A stretch of DNA of 64,000 bases, taken from contig NC_081391.1 in NCBI RefSeq assembly GCF_030684315.1, forward strand, positions 13,741,342-13,805,341, given 5' to 3'. Position 1 is the stretch's first letter, and each line of letters starts with the position of its first letter. The translations under genes were made by a program, and so were the position numbers. Below are positions 62,801-64,000 of this stretch, piece by piece. Under the pieces are notes generated by a model. The model was given only the letters and a program-made list of their open reading frames with translations, made no database searches and was not told the origin of the DNA. Source of the DNA: Stegostoma tigrinum (taxonomy: Eukaryota).

Positions 62801-63948
62801 CTGCTTACTCCTCACATCAGTGCCCTCTGGTCTTAATGTCTCTTTCTCCCCACCCCCTCATAGCAGACACTCCCCATCTACTATCAAGACTCCACACTAA
62901 TCAAATGCCATCACAGAAACATCTCAACTGACTTCACTCTGGGGATTGGAGTGAGAAATCTAATCTCTCCTTTTAATGGATTTTTCAGTCTTGGGGCAAC
63001 ATCCTAGTGACCCCTTCCAGTGCCATTGTGGCTCTGGTCACCACACTGTATTCCACGTTTGCATGGCCAATGCTGCAAAGTTTGTGACAAGACTGGAGTC
63101 CCTGGACTGCACCCCAGGAAATGGGGACAGGCATTGTGGAAGCCAACTTCCCCATCCTGTCTACACTTATGGATCCTTGAAATATCTTTAGTCTTGTGCT
63201 CTTGGTTCCTTTATTGTCAACATATTGCTGTCCCTTCAATGAATTAAATAGTAGTGCTGATTTTCATCATTCAGGTCAGTCCTATATGAAGCAATAGGCC
63301 CAGGTTGAAGTCCCACTTGTGCTTATGCTCCAAGCCTAGGGACAGTACCACTGCATAACAAGCCCCGGGCTCAAGTTGTGAATATCCTCCTTGGGATGCC
63401 ATCAGATGGGCACTGACAATTCTGTGCAAGCATAACTCTTATCCCCACTATGACCTGGTCATGAATTGACTCTCCTTTCGGAAGAAGCAAATAGGGCTAG
63501 GTGAAAGGAATTCTTAAATAACTAATCTGGGCTTCAGGGATGGCAGTGGTTAGCACAACTGCATCAGTGCTTGGGGCACAAGCTTAATTCTGGCCTCTGG
63601 TGACTGACTGGAATTTACATGTTCACCACATCTCTACATAGGTTTCCTCCCACAGTCCAATGATGTGCAGGTTAGGATAGGCCATGAAAAATGCAGGATT
63701 ACATGGCTAGGTCTAGGACCAGGTTGGATGCTCTTCAGACGGTCATGAGTGGGCAGAATGGCCTGTTGCATGCTGCAGGGATTTTTGTTTCTGAGGCTTA
63801 ACTGTCCTTCTGTCCATCCTTAGAAGCCAGAGAGGGATGAGTGGGTAACAGTCTGCAGACAATGCAGGTTGCCCTGGATCTGGAGAAGAATGTGAACCAG
63901 AGTTTGCTGGATCTACACCAACTCTCCACAGCCCAGACTGACCCTCAT
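59890..63948 (+). pseudogene. Ferritin copy D' (exons 1-3; exon 4 beyond window); same exon-3 frameshift as D
   Basis: Exons 59890-59991, 62153-62299, 63824-63948 (125 nt; GAGTGGGTAAC lacks one G). Confidence 0.85.
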
Positions 63949-64000
63949 GTAAGCTTCACCACTTCATTCTCATCACTGCGAGACCCTCAGGGTAACACTT

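Larger units (their letters stand above)
40735..64000 (+). repeat. Segmental duplicate of ~1-28820 (higher-order repeat, offset ~40.7 kb, ~35.4 kb after the B/C deletion)
   Basis: Collinear CR1-A-CR1(rev)-B...D order with high identity of introns and intergenic DNA. ATG offsets: A/A' 40699, B/B' 40754, D/D' 35366. Confidence 0.9.

Overview
Vertebrate genomic DNA, most likely a shark/elasmobranch (inferred from CR1/HER1-like LINEs, HE1-like tRNA-derived SINEs and Penelope-derived repeats). The whole window is a head-to-tail tandem array of eight 4-exon ferritin subunit genes on the + strand: A 1791-5999, B 11422-15994, C 17584-22316, D 24524-29387, E 32921-38073, A' 42490-46654, B'/C' 52176-56690 and D' 59890->64000. 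They form a ~40.7-kb higher-order duplication (A-B-C-D-E, then A'-[B/C chimera]-D'). A, E and A' look intact (176 aa). B has a GC exon-2 donor, C has lost its promoter, D and D' share a 1-bp frameshift, and B' has several lesions. All copies keep H/M-type E27 and E107 but carry the mammalian L-chain-type substitutions K62, E141 and L173 (human H numbering). No iron-responsive element is visible in the short 5'UTRs. The promoters instead share a DR1 (AGGTCA-A-AGGTCA), two inverted CCAAT boxes, a CRE-like/ETS motif and a TATA box. Exons are nearly identical between copies whose introns have diverged strongly. Short palindromic Penelope-derived insertions with 14-bp target-site duplications are present, and one carries an intact minimal type I hammerhead ribozyme core (30251-30278).
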